Of a stretch of DNA of 41,537 nucleotides, positions 40,798-41,537 are shown in pieces. Both the position numbers and the translations under genes were made by a program. Origin of the DNA: a virus; IMG/VR virus record IMGVR_UViG_3300049010_000004, positions 1 through 41,537 of that record; one strand, 5' to 3'. A model generated the notes under the pieces. That model ran no database searches. It was not told the origin of the DNA and saw nothing but the letters and a program-made list of their open reading frames with translations. Each line of letters opens with the position of its first letter. Position 1 is the stretch's first letter.

Positions 40798-40989
40798 TTA
40801 TCCCTTGAAGCAGACGGAGTTGAACCACTTACCAGGAAAGCCAGCTAGGTGTAATCTGGTATGCCAAGAATGAACTTCGGTTTTTTCCACTTCATATTCC
40901 TTCCCTTCCTCCAAGATTTCTCTTGGGTCATCGCCACCGCCCCAATTAACCTGAGAATCTGTAGCTCCTGTGTAAGTAACCTTTTTCAC
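40798..40989 (-). CDS. Hypothetical protein (63 aa from GTG 40989)
   Basis: The start was chosen 6 nt downstream of the AAGGAG in the TTGCATAAGGAG cassette. Confidence 0.45.
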   Translation of the reverse strand: MKKVTYTGATDSQVNWGGGDDPREILEEGKEYEVEKTEVHSWHTRLHLAGFPGKWFNSVCFKG

Positions 40990-41038
40990 CACTGTCTCCT
41001 TATGCAATCGGCCTAAACGTAGCCGCGAACTAATCTCA

Positions 41039-41278
41039 CTAAATCCTCACCACTTCCACTAAATCCTTCCCCCACTTACCCCCATACACACAGGTATGTG
41101 ATCCATCCTTTATTTGAGATAAAGCCACTCTCACTAGACGGCGGGGAACGTAGAGATTGCGAAGCTCACGGGCTACAGCACTAAGCCCCATCACTTCCTT
41201 GTTAGCTACGCGATACCAGCGCACTAGCGAGAACCATCGGCTGAAATCCGAGGTGAATGTGTTGGCTACTTGGTACAT
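41039..41278 (-). CDS. Hypothetical protein (79 aa)
   Basis: Second gene of the leftward operon. Confidence 0.5.
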   Translation of the reverse strand: MYQVANTFTSDFSRWFSLVRWYRVANKEVMGLSAVARELRNLYVPRRLVRVALSQIKDGSHTCVYGGKWGKDLVEVVRI

Positions 41279-41280
41279 GG

Positions 41281-41463
41281 CTAGGCAATCAAATAAAGTT
41301 CGTTATCATTAAAATCTATGTGCAATGAAAGCGAACCGAACTCCAGAGCAACATCCATATCCCCTCGCTCCGCTGAATTGAGCATTGCTCTAATTCGGTC
41401 AATCAAATATTCCCGCGTCAAAAGTTCTGGATATATCTCTTGTTGATAAACACAGGTGCTCAT
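41281..41463 (-). CDS. First gene of the leftward early operon (60 aa from ATG 41463)
   Basis: RBS AAGGAGG 6 nt upstream of the ATG. Its 5' end lies in the terminal repeat (equivalent to position 53). Confidence 0.55.
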   Translation of the reverse strand: MSTCVYQQEIYPELLTREYLIDRIRAMLNSAERGDMDVALEFGSLSLHIDFNDNELYLIA

Positions 41464-41537
41464 CACTGCCTCCTTATGCAACCCTGTTAAATACGCGCTG
41501 ACCAACAAATTGCCCTAGCGCATTTCCTACTCACCAC
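41411..41537. repeat. Second copy of the 127-bp terminal repeat
   Basis: Identical to 1..127. Confidence 0.9.

Larger units (their letters stand above)
1..41537. mobile_element. Complete temperate phage genome (lambdoid-style early regions, podovirus-like late region); unique length about 41,410 bp
   Basis: Repressor/Cro switch, integrase/excisionase, RecT/SSB, terminase, portal, capsid and tail fibre are all present. Genes are densely packed with many ATGA/TAATG stop-start overlaps. The two ends are identical. Confidence 0.85.

Noticed and set aside
1-41537. CRISPR arrays, rRNA genes, IS elements/transposases, toxin-antitoxin pairs
   Set aside because: I saw no regularly spaced direct repeats with unique spacers, no rRNA-like sequence, no transposase-like ORF and no obvious small two-gene TA module.

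Overview
The window is one complete temperate phage genome. Bases 1..127 recur exactly at 41411..41537, so the unique length is about 41,410 bp and the contig closes on itself or is terminally redundant. All product calls come from reading the ORF translations and the DNA by eye; no database search was run. Layout: (i) a lambda-like immunity switch with a CI/LexA-type repressor (505..1170, -), a divergent Cro-like gene, and matching PL and PR promoter/operator sets. (ii) A rightward early operon: three tandem terminators, an HTH regulator, a replication initiator-like gene carrying an internal iteron cluster, a CHC2 zinc-finger protein, a DnaB/gp4-like helicase, a DNA methyltransferase, a nin-like block (DUF551-like, NinB, NinG, DUF4326-like) and a possible Q-like protein. 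(iii) A late operon: a 320-nt ORF-free structured leader, GT-A glycosyltransferase, TerS, TerL, portal, scaffold, major capsid protein and a strong terminator. This is followed by an unusual cassette of TPR-GT9, GT9, FkbM methyltransferase and a GT-B-like ORF, then adaptor/tail/ejection proteins, tail fibre plus SGNH esterase, scattered lysis-like genes and a DEDD exonuclease. (iv) A putative attP region and a tyrosine integrase. (v) A leftward early operon with excisionase, many small ORFs, MazG-like protein, SSB and RecT. No tail tube, sheath or tape-measure gene is visible, so a podovirus-like virion is likely. The observations most worth follow-up are the head-module glycosylation cassette and the structured RNA-like leader at 9105..9470. 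Next come the 11-bp-phased ACGCGT iterons inside the initiator gene, and a co-oriented repeat family (ATTAGTCCGCAC ... ACCAACGAAT) at gene boundaries. Also notable are the long structured PL leader and several unlisted short ORFs (holin-like, lipoprotein).
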